From positions 186,001-250,000 of the forward strand of contig NIVC01000500.1 in NCBI GenBank assembly GCA_002269645.1: DNA of 64,000 bases, read 5' to 3'. The position numbers and the translations under genes are program-made. This document shows, piece by piece, positions 52,561-64,000 of this stretch (positions within the stretch are counted from its first letter, which is position 1; every line of letters begins with the position of its first letter). The notes beneath the pieces are model-generated. The model was given only the letters and a program-made list of their open reading frames with translations. It did no database searches and was not told where the DNA came from. The DNA comes from Macrostomum lignano (Eukaryota).

Positions 52561-53274
52561 GGAGCTGCTCGGCGATGGAACTGCTCCTGGCTACGCGCGT
52601 CCATATCTAGACAGTCCCTTCAGGTTGATTGAGCTAGGAAAACCGAAAGGTGGAGTTCCGAGCACGAAAAACCAGCGATAGGGTAAATCCTACTAATAGG
52701 CTGTAATACATGTATATCTACATGTATAGTATAGCTTTTGAATTGTTTTAGTTGTATTTTACACTATGATCTACAATTTTTGCTTTTAATACTGTGTACA
52801 TATATGTATAGCTCTGAGTACAACTGCACTTTTTTATTCAGTTATTTTTCGCTCGTACTCAAGTTAAGTGTTGCAAGTTGATATAAATCTCAACAAATCG
52901 TGTTTCACTAACTGCTACAATTCGTATAAATTTATTATAAGTGCGATTCGACATGTAGTGTACCGATCAGCGTATAATAATTATCAACAAATAGCGGCAA
53001 AATTTCAGAAATTAAGTACCAATGAGCGACGATGTAGAGCTACAAAAGTACATTTACATATTATGCATGGGTCCGTCATTATCCAATCAATTAGCTAGTT
53101 TTGATTGCTTTTTTGCCTAAAGCCACGACACGGAGCAATTAAAGCTCAGCGTACTCTCTTTAGCATTAGGAATTTTACTTAAACTGTCAAACGTATTGTA
53201 ATAAAATTTTCTTTATTTTAGAGATACTATGAAATAGTAATTTCTATTTCATCAAGAAAGTAATTTTATAGAGT

Positions 53275-53946
53275 TTGTTACGTTTAACTGATAATTTAAA
53301 ATACACGCGATTGATATTTTCCATCACTAAAACCTACCTTACCTACTGGCTGAAGATTAGACACCAAAAACTTTGCCAAACGACACTAGAAATTTTCTAC
53401 TCAAACACCAGCCAAAAAAATCCATGGAAAACAAATGTACTAAAGAAACTGGAAAGTATAGACTTAAAAGCACTAACTGAAGATAAACTTTCCCAAAGCT
53501 TTAATAACGAGAAATACCTAGTGAAAAAGCACCTCAAGATACACAGCGAAAGAGAACTTAGCCAAAAGCTAGAGAATCAGCAACATATTAAACTCTACAA
53601 AAACGCCTATCTCTACAAAAAAATCTGCAGGCCTGACCTTTCAGATTACTTTCCATGCACTTTTAGAAACAAAAAATTCCTAACAACCCTCCTAAAACTG
53701 AAATGCGAAATTACACCCAACTTTTTCTCTCATGAAGCATGTAGACTGTGTGGAGCGAGAAATGGTTCCGATATCCTACACTACTTGACCGAATGTCCAC
53801 AAACTGAAAAGTTCAGAAAAAAATACTTCTGTCAGTACCTCTTAAATGACAAGCAAGTACACAAGTTAGGATATGCTACAAATGAAAAAAGTGTCAGAAA
53901 AGAGCTCACTGGTGTAGCTAAAATATATGAAGTCATGAATAGCTAA
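53275..53946 (+). mobile_element. 3' fragment of a non-LTR retrotransposon ORF2 with a C-terminal zinc knuckle
   Basis: AT-rich 223-aa ORF with CRLCGARNGSDILHYLTECP (C-x2-C...H-x4-C), typical of LINE ORF2 C-termini. No RT core is present. Confidence 0.6.
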
Positions 53947-54565
53947 AACAGTTATGCAAACTGAAACAGACATATCAGCAGTGTAATAAATCCACTTTTC
54001 TTTTGTTTATTCATTTACTGTCTTTTTAATTTCCTATTTAATTAGCATTTAATTAATATTTAATTAGTTTCCTATCTAATACCTATTTAAATCGTCGTTA
54101 TTCGTTTAAACGTAAAGTTCTTTTGAAGTTCGTTTTTGTTCATTTTTCGTTCGTTTTTCACGCTTTAAAATATTGCGCGCTTGCAAAATACTACATCTTT
54201 TTTTACAAAAAACGCTCTTTCAAATACCTTAATAATTTTACAAATATCGTAACTCGCATCGTAACTCGTGTAAAAATTTAACCTTTTGAACAAATTTAAC
54301 CTTTTGAACTTAATCGTAATTAAACAACTAATGCTGAAATAACTTAAATACACAGAAATATACTGGCCAAACAGGCTTCTTGCCTGAGCCAACTTACTAC
54401 TACTACTACTTCTGGTCATACATACTCCAGATATTGTCAGGTACCTGATCAGTCTCAGGGCCTTTTCATATTGCTTGTTCTGGTTCCAGAACCAGAACCA
54501 ATCTGTGTAGTATAACTTTTTGTCTCCATAACTAGAGGGAGATCATATATACTAAAAATGAAAAT

Positions 54566-54614
<49 letters not shown>

Positions 54615-55062
54615 AATCGATTAGAGAAAAAATGGCTTAACCGATTTTCATGAGACTTGCACTGTTCGATCAGAAATTTTCCCGTGACGGTACATGCATC
54701 TTGGCTAAGAAATTGCTCCATGTTAAAGGGATTAAATATTCGAAAAACATGCTTTTTTGCAAAGGTCAAGCAAACTTTTCGACTTGAAATGCATTGTAAG
54801 AATGCTAGAGAAAAAACTGACTGGTTGAATTCTGATTCTGAAATAGATTGCATCATAACTGAATTGTAACTCTGACTTGAATTGAAAATGCAGTGTGGAA
54901 GCGTAGCACCAGACTTGATTTAAATTGCGTAACCATATTGTTAACTGATACTGACTGACTGAGAAATTGATTATGTCATAACTGCCTCGTGTGATTTACT
55001 CTATGCTTGGAGTTTTGAAACTTATAATTATAAGTGCTAAAATTCATATTATCAAAACGATG

Positions 55063-55120
55063 AGAGCTAGCCTAGAGGTAAACAGACTGACTGCTAAATG
55101 CAGGGACGATGGTTCGAATT
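55063..55120 (+). other. tRNA-like / SINE-head remnant
   Basis: A-box-like TAGCCTAGAGGTAA and B-box-like GGTTCGAAT at tRNA-like spacing; no complete cloverleaf is evident. Confidence 0.35.
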
Positions 55121-55169
55121 TTTAGAGAGTGGAATTTTTTTAATTAAAGCTTTTTAACACCAAGAAGAA

Positions 55170-57130
55170 AACTAAAAAATCATAGAAGCGTCATGTAAAA
55201 AATCATTGAAGCGTCATGAAAAAATCATAGAAGCGTCATGTAAACAATCATAGAAGCGTCCTGCAGAAATCGTAGAAGCATCATGTAAAAATCATAGAAG
55301 CGTCATGTAAAAAATCATAGAAGCGTCATGAAAATATCATAGAAGCGTCATGTAAAAAATCATAGAAGCGTCATGTAAACAATCACAGAAGCGTCATGTA
55401 AAAATCATAGAAGCGTCATGTAAAAAATCATAGAAGCGTCATGTAAACAATCATAGAAGCGTCATGCAAAAAATCATATAAGTGTCATGTAAACAATCAT
55501 GGAAGCGTCATGTAAAAATCATAGAAGCGTCATGAAGAAAAATCATGGAAGCGTCATGTAAAAATCATAGAAGTGTCATGTAAAAAATCATGGAAGCGTC
55601 ATGTAAAAAATCATAGAAGCGTCATGTAAAAATCATAGAAGCGTCATGTAAAAATCATAGAAGCGTCATGTAAAAAATCATGGAAGCGTCATGAAAATAT
55701 CATAGAAGCGTCATGTAAAAAATCATGGAAGCGTCATGTAAAAATCATAGTAGCGTCATGTAAAAAATCATAGAAGCGTCATGAAAAAATCATAGAAGCG
55801 TCATGAAAAAAAACATAGGAGCGTCATGAAAAAATCATAGAAGCGTCGTAAAAATCATAGAAGCGTCATGTAAACAATCATAGAAGCGTCCTGCAGATAT
55901 CGTAGAAGCGTCATGAAATAATCATAGAAGCGTCATGTAAAAAGCATAGAAGCGTCATGTAAAAAATCATGGAAGCGTCATGTAAAAATCATAGTAGCGT
56001 CATGTAAAAATCATAGAAGCGTCATGAAAAAATCATAGAAGCGTCATGAAAAAAACATTGGAGCGTCATGAAAAACTCATAGAAACGTCATGTAAAAATC
56101 ATAGAAGCGTCATGTAAAAATCATAGAATCGTCATATAAAAAGCATAGAAGCGTCATGTAAACAATCATAGAAGCGTCATATAAAAAGCATAGAAGCGTC
56201 ATATAAACAATCACAGAAGCGTCATGAAAAATCATGGAAGCGTCATGTAAAAATCATAGAAGCGTCATGTAAACAATCATAGAAGCGTCCTGCAAAAAAT
56301 CATAGAAGTGTCATGTAAACAATCATGGAAGCGTCATGTAAAAATCATAGAAGCGTCATGAAAAAATCATAGAAGCGTCATGAAAATATCATAGAAGCGT
56401 CATGTAAAAAATCATAGAAGCGTCATGTAAAAAATCATAGAAGCGTCATGAAAATATCATAGAAGCGTCATGTAAACAATCATAGAAGCGTCATGTAAAC
56501 AATCATAGAAGCGTCATGTAAACAATCATAGAAGCGTCATGTAAACAATCATAGAAGCGTCATGTAAAAAATCATAGAAGCGTCATGTAAACAATCATAG
56601 AAGCGTCATGCAAAAAATCATAGAAGTGTCATGTAAACAATCATGGAAGCGTCATGTAAAAATCATAGAAGCGTCATGAAAAAATCATGGAAGCGCCATG
56701 TAAAAAATCATGGAAGCGTCATGAAGAAAAATCATGGAAGCGTCATGTAAAAATCATAGAAGTGTCATGTAAAAAATCATGGAAGCGTCATGTAAAAATC
56801 ATAGAAGTGTCATGTAAAAAATCATGGAAGCGTCATGAAAAAATCATAGAAGCGTCATGAAAAAATCATAGGAGCGTCATGAAAAAATCATAGAAGCATC
56901 ATGTAAAAATCATAGAAGCGTCCTGCAGAAATCGTAGAAGCATCATGTAAACAATCATAGAAGCGTCATGTAAAAAGCATAGAAGCGTCATGTAAACAAT
57001 CATAGAAGCGTCATGAAAAAATCATAGAAGCCTCATTTAAAAACTAATGAAAGCGTCATTTAAAAAATTAAGAAGCATCATGGAAGAATAAAAGAAGTGT
57101 AATGTAAAAATCAAAAGAAGCGTCATGTCA
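55170..57130. repeat. ~2-kb satellite of 20-22-bp units
   Basis: AAAAATCATAGAAGCGTCATGT variants. Confidence 0.95.
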
Positions 57131-57909
57131 GACGTGAAGGGTGTCATGTAAAAATAAAATGCAGCTATAATGCTGTGCTGGGAAGAAAAACTGAGACGTA
57201 AAGGCTCTCAGAGAATAACTGAGATTACGAGGGGGGGGGTTGTTTCTGGGATCTCAAAGCAAAAGTCAGAAGCTACTTCAAAGTTCATGTACTTTACTCA
57301 ATTTTTTATTGCATTCTTTGTTGGCTCGCCATGGGGGGGGGTGCTGATAGAAGAAGAGTCATGTAAAAAATAAAAGTAGCACTATGTATACATAAAAGAA
57401 AAGTCATGTCGAAGTTAAAAGATTCATTTGGGAATTGCTACGATGTCAAAGCTTGGTGGAAATCGTTATAGTGCTGTGATTCTTAAAGAAGGAATCACTA
57501 AAATGTCAAGGCTTAGGGGAGAAGAATTGCTGAGATTTCAAGGCTTTAGGTTGGGTTAAAGTTAGGTTTAGGTCAGGTGTGGGTTGAGGGTTATATTTTA
57601 TCGGGTTTCAAGGTTAACAGTGGATTTTTTAGATTTCAAGGTTTATGGGGGCCATCGCTGACATGTCAAGGCTTACGGGGGGGAATAGCTGAGATGTCAA
57701 GGCTCACGGGGGTATAAATGAGATTTCAAGGCTAAAGTCAGAAGCTACATGTAGTTTATTGAAAACTTTTTATTACATTATTTGATGCCTCCTCAGGCGA
57801 GGGATCGCTGATAAAAAAGCGTTATGTAAAAAATAAAAGAAGCTTATCGCTATAATGCTGTAGTAGTGCTATAATGACTCTTAGAGAGAATTACTGAAAT
57901 TTCAATGCT

Positions 57910-57954
57910 TTAGGGTTAGGTTAGGGTTAGGGTTAGGGTTAGGGTTAGGGTTAG
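57910..57954 (+). repeat. Interstitial telomeric repeat (TTAGGG)~7
   Basis: TTAGGG TTAGG TTAGGG x5 TTAG read directly from the sequence. Confidence 0.85.
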
Positions 57955-58358
57955 AAGGTTGACAGATATTTTTAGATTTCCAAGGCTTATTGGGGGCATT
58001 GCTGAGATGTCAAGGGGGAAGTTGATATGTTAAAGCTGGGGGGGGGGAATTACTGACATGTCAAGGCTTACAAGGTTTGACAGGAGATTTTTTAAGATTT
58101 CAAGGATACATGTAGCTTATTAAAAAAACGTGTATAGCATTTCTTTGGCTCCCCAACGGGGGGCGTAGATTGCTAGTACGTGCTATAAAGTTTTTATTAT
58201 TGAATGACAATCGCCAAGAAGAAAGTGAAAAATTGTGCTAATTTAGGTTGTTAAGGCAGTCAAATATTAACAGACTTTAATAGTTATACTGCTGCTTTTC
58301 TTGGAATTCCGAACCGATTCTGGTTCTGAAATTGGTAAAATGAAAAGGCCCTCAGTCT

Positions 58359-61300
58359 ACGCATTTGCTTCCCCATTGATATTCGAATTTTAACAAAAGC
58401 AAAATACTAAAAGCAACCAGTAGCATGAAACTTTACACAGAGTAAACTGCAACCGTGAAACGACTATTGGTCAAGTTTCAGCTCGATATGTAACTTTGGC
58501 TCTGAGCAGGAGCGATTTTCGATGTGTTCCATTTAAAATACATGTGATTCCAAAATTCATATTGATATTCGAGTACAGGTACTTCTGCTTCACTGATCTT
58601 GACGAAACTTTACACAGAGTAAACTGCAACCGTGAAACGACTATTGGTCAAGTTTCAGCTCGATATGTAACTTTGGCTCTGAGCAGGAGCGATTTTCGAT
58701 GTGTTCCATTTAAAATACATGTGATTCCAAACAACAACAACAACAACAGAGTACGCTGCCAGTTCGCGAAAGCAGCGTCAGATGGCGCGCTTCGAAGCTT
58801 GGGCGCGAACAAAAGCCGCACCGCCGGCAGAGTCCGGGGCGCCGGCGTCAGCCAGCAGACAGTCGACGTAGCGCCGAGTCCTCGCCTGTCCCCCCCGGTA
58901 GGGTGCCTGCAACGTAAGTAGCAGCACCTCCTGCACCGGCTCCGGACAGTAGGCCTCGGCGCGGATGACGTGGCCTGCCAGCTGGAGTCGCCGACGGCGC
59001 AGCAGATCGCTAGGACGGGCCAGGCCGGCGCGATGATAGAGCGCCGTGTTGGTGACTCGCTCGTTGCCGATCTTGAAGGCGGCGCGCAGCAGGCCAGCGT
59101 GCGCCGCGTCGACTTGAGCCTCGAGCGAGTCTATCAGCGTCCAGGTCTCGGCGTTGTATAACAGGACGGTCTCGATCACCGCCTGGAACAGCGCCGCCCT
59201 CTGGCGGTCCGGTAGGGCCTCGGACTGCAGGACTGACCTTATAGAACGAAAGGCAGCCCAGGCAAGTCCTCGGCGACGCCGAAGATCCTCGCGGACGTCG
59301 GGAACCAGACCGCCGAGGTAGACGAACTGCTGACATCTTGGAAGCTCACTCGCCTGTCCGTCAGCGCCTCGGCAGAAGATTGCAGCCTCGGTGTCGTCCG
59401 GCACGCATAGCACGACGGTCTTCTGCGTGTTGACCACCAGGCCGACGCTCGCCGCAACGGCAACCAGTCTATCCAGCTGTCGTTGGGCGCCCTCGACGGT
59501 CGAGGACAGCAGGGCGAGGTCATTGGCGTAGCCAAGCACGCTGAGCCGTCTCTCCGGTTGGCGTCGACCCACGCGTCGCCGCAGCAGGAAGCCGTCGTCG
59601 TTGGAAGGCAGAGCAGTCCGTAGCACCCAGTCAAGCACCAGAATAAATAGGAACGGCGCTAGCGTATCTCCCTGGAGCACCCCGGAGGATGTCTCGAAGA
59701 AATCCGATAGGCCGTCCGGTGTTGAGACAGCAGCCGTCGTGCCGTGGTACAGCGCCATGACAGCAGAAATCAGCAGCTCTGGCACGTTGTACGCACGGAG
59801 CACCTCTGGGAGCGCGTCCCTCACGACCGAGTCGAAGGCCTTTCTGAAATCGACGAAGATCAGGATCAGGGTCAACTGGCGGATGCGCGCCTCCTCGATG
59901 ACTCGCCGAAGAGCCAGGATCTGCGTCACTGTGCTGCGATGGGGCCGGAATCCGTTCTGCTCAGGCCACAGGTACGGGTCCAGCACAGTCTGTAACCGCG
60001 ATAGCAGCATGCGGTTGAACAGCTTCGCGGCGCAGGACTGTAGGCAGATGCCTCGATGCTCCTCGAGCTTGGTGGTGCCCGGCTCGGCGCCACCTCACCG
60101 GAAAGCACGCGGTTCATCACTCTGGCGACCTCAGTGGCCACGCAGTGGATCCGCAGCGCCTCGGTGGGCACCTCGTCCGGACCAAGCGCTTTGCCGCAAG
60201 GCGACTGCCGAGCGAACTTCACAACGTCGGCTGTGCTGACTGGGGCAACGTTGAAGCTCTCCTCCGCCGGCAACGGCGTCTCCGGCGGCAGCCACAGATT
60301 TTCTGGAAGCGGAGGGGCGGCGCGTTGACAATGACGGCGAAGAACTCGCGCAGCTCGTTCCTGCGCTCATCCGGAATGTCGCCTGCCTGGTTGAGCGCGA
60401 TGCGCCGCTTTCGCCCAGAGTGTTGATGACGGACCAGGCCACGCGCCCTCTGGCATCGGGCCCTGCGGCAGAGACGGCTTGGATGGCGTCATCGACAGCG
60501 GACTGCTGCCGCTGCAGGTAGACAGCCGCCAGAGCCTCCTCCTCCTCGCGAGTTTGCCGCCCACTCAGACGGAGCCTCTCCAGATCTTCCCTCGCTTCGT
60601 CGATCGCGGGGTCGTCATGCCAGACCGCTGGGCCGGTCGCATCAGCGGGACTGCTTGCTCCGCATCGGCTCGAACTGCAGCGCTCACCTCCGCGTACTCG
60701 GCTCCTCCACGCTTGTCGCCCAGCGCAGTGACAAAGGCACCGGCAAAGTGACGCCGCGTCTCGGCGTCCCTGAGCGCGCGGTAGTAGCGCCGCGGTGGCC
60801 GCTTTGGCGGACGGTAGAGCGGGTCCCGAAGCCGAAGGTCGCAGATGAGCAGCCGATGGTCGGACCGCAGAGCCAGCGGCGTAATGGTGCGGCAGTTGGT
60901 GACGCGGCGGCGCACACGAAAGCGCAAAAGCACGTGGTCGAGCTGTGCCAGCCTCCGCGTAGCGTTCCGGCCGCGCGCGTTCCGCCGCCTCCGCTTGCAG
61001 CCCACGAAGGTCGCGAGCCTGCCCGGTGACTTGCGGAATCTGGTGTTGGCCGACACCATGTCCTGTCTCTCCAGGAAGTCCTCTAGCGCTCCGGTGTTGC
61101 CGTTCTCGCGCGCTGTCACAAACAGCGATCGCTCGGACCTACGCAGAACTGCGTTCAGGTCTCCGAGAATGACCACTGTGTCACGTTGCGCCATCTCCTC
61201 CACCTGTACTCGAATATCAATATGAATTTTGGAATCACATGTATTTTAAATGGAACACATCGAAAATCGCTCCTGCTCAGAGCCAAAGTTACATATCGAG

Positions 61301-61966
61301 CTGAAACTTGACCAATAGTCGTTTCACAGTTGCGGTTTACTCTGTGTAAAGTTTCGTCAAGATCAGTGAAGCAGAAGTGCCTGTACTCGAATATCAATAT
61401 GAATTTTGGAATCACATGTATTTTAAATGGAACACATCGAAAATCGCTCCTGCTCAGAGCCAAAGTTACATATCGAGCTGAAACTTGACCAATAGTCGTT
61501 TCACGGTTGCAGTTTACTCTGTGTAAAGTTTCGTCAAGATCAGTGAAGCAGAAGTACCTGTACTCGAATATCAATATGAATTTTGGAATCACATGTATTT
61601 TAAATGGAACACATCGAAAATCGCTCCTGCTCAAAGCCAAAGTTACATATCGAGCTGAAACTTGACCAATAGTCGTTTCACGGTTGCAGTTTACTCTGTG
61701 TAAAGTTTCGTCAAGATCAGTGAAGCAGAAGTACCTGTACTCGAATATCAATATGAATTTTGGAATCACATGTATTTTAAATGGAACACATCGAAAATCG
61801 CTCCTGCTCAGAGCCAAAGTTACATATCGAGCTAAAACTTGACCAATAGTCGTTTCACGGTTGCAGTTTACTCTGTGTAAAGTTTCATGCTACTGATTGC
61901 TTTTAGTATTTTGCTTTTGTTAAAATTCGAATATCAATGCGAATATCAATGGGGAAACGAATGCGT
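58359..61966. mobile_element. Foldback/Mutator-like element: long inverted arms built of 177-bp tandem units, enclosing the RTE fragment
   Basis: The left arm 58359-58731 and right arm 61202-61966 are reverse complements, and both begin ACGCATT(T/C)G(C/T)TTCCCC. The unit period is 177 bp in both arms (58427/58604; 61204/61381/61558/61735). The flanks CCTCAGTCT (58350-58358) and TCTCAGTCT (61967-61975) form a 9-bp TSD with one mismatch. Confidence 0.78.
58732..61201 (-). mobile_element. 5'-truncated, frameshifted RTE-clade non-LTR retrotransposon (APE fragment plus RT)
   Basis: ORF 60565-61203 holds the C-terminal half of the endonuclease (VVILGDLNA, LDHVL, SDHRL). ORF 58778-60010 holds RT motifs (QNGFRPHRST, FVDFRKAFDSV, GVLQGDTLAPFLF, YAND in place of YADD, VNTQKT, YLG). 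Frameshifts lie between the ORFs. A (GTT)n 3' tail sits at about 58732-58748. Confidence 0.9.
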
Positions 61967-63011
61967 TCTCAGTCTCAGATCGAACACACTTAAGTAATCC
62001 TTGACACATGCACGCCAATCTGGGCCTATTTGTGACTGACGTGTATTTTAATTCCAACTCCACTCTTTTAAATGCTTTACGAGAAGCAAGAACATGAATT
62101 TACAAGAATGTGGCAGAAAAAAACAGGACGTTTCGTTTTTAATAGGTTTTTCATATTACTGATTCCAGAACCAGAAGCGGTTCGAAGTTTTTCATATTGT
62201 CTGTTCCGTTTTCAGAATTGGTTACAGAACCGTGATCCGATTCTAGTATTCGGTTCGAGAAATTTTCTCGATCCGTTGTCAGGTTTACACTAACACTAAC
62301 AGTAAAATACATTCAAAATCGCCCATTTTTTTATATATTACTATTAGTACTCTGTTTTTTGTCATATCCAAGACGAAGCAACTAGTCAAGGAAAGACAAA
62401 ATTAATTTATAAGACTGCCAAAGACAAAAATGGGATTGAAGCTTTTCATTTTCCTGCCAATTCTGGTTCTAGAAGGGACTAGAAGTCTAGAACCAATCTT
62501 TGTGAAAAATGTATATGAAGGTAAATGGTAGGCCCCCCTAGCTCTAACTCAATGATCATGACACTATCATTAGGCATTAGCCTTAGGCCTAGCTTAGGCT
62601 AGCCATTAAGTCTTGTAATAAGTAGGCCTATTATTAGGATAATGACCTGCATGGAAAGTGCCAATCTTGAGTGCGGCACCAATCAAGCTATTTGGTTGCG
62701 CCGGCTATTGCTAGCCTTGAGCGCCTATAACCCCTACCTACTCAATATTTTACCCATATTAGCATTGAGTTATTACTCAGTGTAACCCTGTAACTAGGCC
62801 TAATTTAATTATTCATACACACAAAACAAAAATTCTGGTATGGAAATATGCCAAAGGGCAAAGGTTAAATATGTGTGGCATGGAACTATAGATCTAACAT
62901 CTTAGACATTTTTAGGGCCTAGTACCTAATAGATCTTGCATAGTTTTTGCATTGCTATGACATGACTATTTGTGATACCATGGAATTGTCTAGGCCTAGT
63001 GGCCTAGCCTT

Positions 63012-63226
63012 CAGTGGCATAGCCAAGGGAGGGGGGCAAAATGAGTGTCTACGGTGCCAAAATGAGTGTCTACCATGCCAAAATGAGTGCCTATGGCGCC
63101 AGAATGAATGCTTATAATGCCAAAATAAGTGCCTACAGTACCAAAAGTGGCAATGGCATAAAGCATGGCTAGCTAGGCCAACCTAGCTGGCTGGCCCCTT
63201 AATTGAAATTCTTGGCTATGCCATTG
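63012..63226. mobile_element. hAT-type MITE, 215 bp
   Basis: 8-bp TSD CTAGCCTT at 63004-63011 and 63227-63234. TIRs CAGTGGCATAGCCAAG / CTTGGCTATGCCATTG (one mismatch). Confidence 0.85.
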
Positions 63227-64000
63227 CTAGCCTTAATCTCTATTAGGCAGCAATTTTGCAATTTGTTTTGCAATATAAGGCTTATGTTAAGTTTGAATTT
63301 GTTAGGCCCTAATCATAGTATAAATCTTGCAATATGCATGATATAGGCCTATCTAACATCTAATAAACTATTTGTATATTTGAAAGCCAGCTTAAAAAGC
63401 GTAGGACTATTTGGTGTAAGATCTGTCTAAACAATTAAAAACAAATAAACAATGTCTTTGGTACCATTCTATTTTAGATGGCTTATTACTATCCTATGTA
63501 ATAGTTAAACTACTTGAAGTTTTGACTTGACTTAGGCCTACTTAGGCCTGTGTACCTTTTCTAAAGTTACTTGGTTATTAATGTTGTTTAACATTAACCC
63601 TTTAAAAACTAAATTTTGGCTACAGTTCTAGACTATCAAAAATATTGACAGTCATTATTCATATAATTTAAACTTAAAATTACTAGGCCCTATGCAAAAC
63701 AACCTATAAGTTTGCTACTTTATCCTTATATTATACTTAGCCAATATTAATTTTAGGTCCAATAAGCCTATTAATTAAATGACAATCTTGAAAATCATTG
63801 CTTATTATACTAGGCAAGGCCTATTTTTGGTAGGCCTAGACAATCAACATTAAAATTTGCCTCTTATGAAATTATTTTTTATACTTCAGTAATTTAATTC
63901 AAAAAGAATCTATTAGCAAACAAAATGACCATGCACTATATAGGTTAGTGATAAACCAAATGTGGATTTTTGCAAGTTTTCAAATCTGAATATGTTTCCA

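Noticed and set aside
61155-61817. 220-aa ORF with a 59-aa repeat (and its mirror at 58496-58921)
   Set aside because: It arises because the 177-bp TIR unit is divisible by 3 and lacks stops in one frame. It starts at a non-ATG codon and is not in frame with the RTE endonuclease.

Overview
Eukaryotic (metazoan) genomic DNA, not prokaryotic. GC-rich spliced exons are separated by introns and spacers largely filled with micro- and minisatellites. The style (satellite-packed introns, animal USP gene, splice acceptors just before start codons) suggests a free-living flatworm such as Macrostomum; this is inference only. By hand-splicing I reconstruct eight genes: the 3' part of EB1/MAPRE (+), a universal stress protein (+), an orexin/allatotropin-receptor-like GPCR (-), CFAP45 (+), mitochondrial RBFA (-, with an apparent 1-nt frameshift and no genomic start codon), RILPL (-), EFCAB7 (+, one GC-AG intron) and an unrecognised ~275-aa protein with AKAP-like helices (-). 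In the last 12 kb I find no host gene, only LINE fragments, a 2-kb satellite, a short interstitial telomere tract and a foldback/Mutator-like element. That element has long tandem-repeat TIRs enclosing a truncated RTE retrotransposon. Three hAT-type MITEs with 8-bp TSDs, a tRNA-derived SINE and a near-perfect hairpin are also present. The best leads are: (i) RBFA may get its initiator AUG from a trans-spliced leader, possibly as the downstream gene of a RILPL-RBFA operon; (ii) the foldback element carrying an RT; (iii) a cluster of ciliary genes with RFX X-boxes that includes the orphan AKAP-like gene. Protein family calls come from remembered sequence similarity, not database searches.
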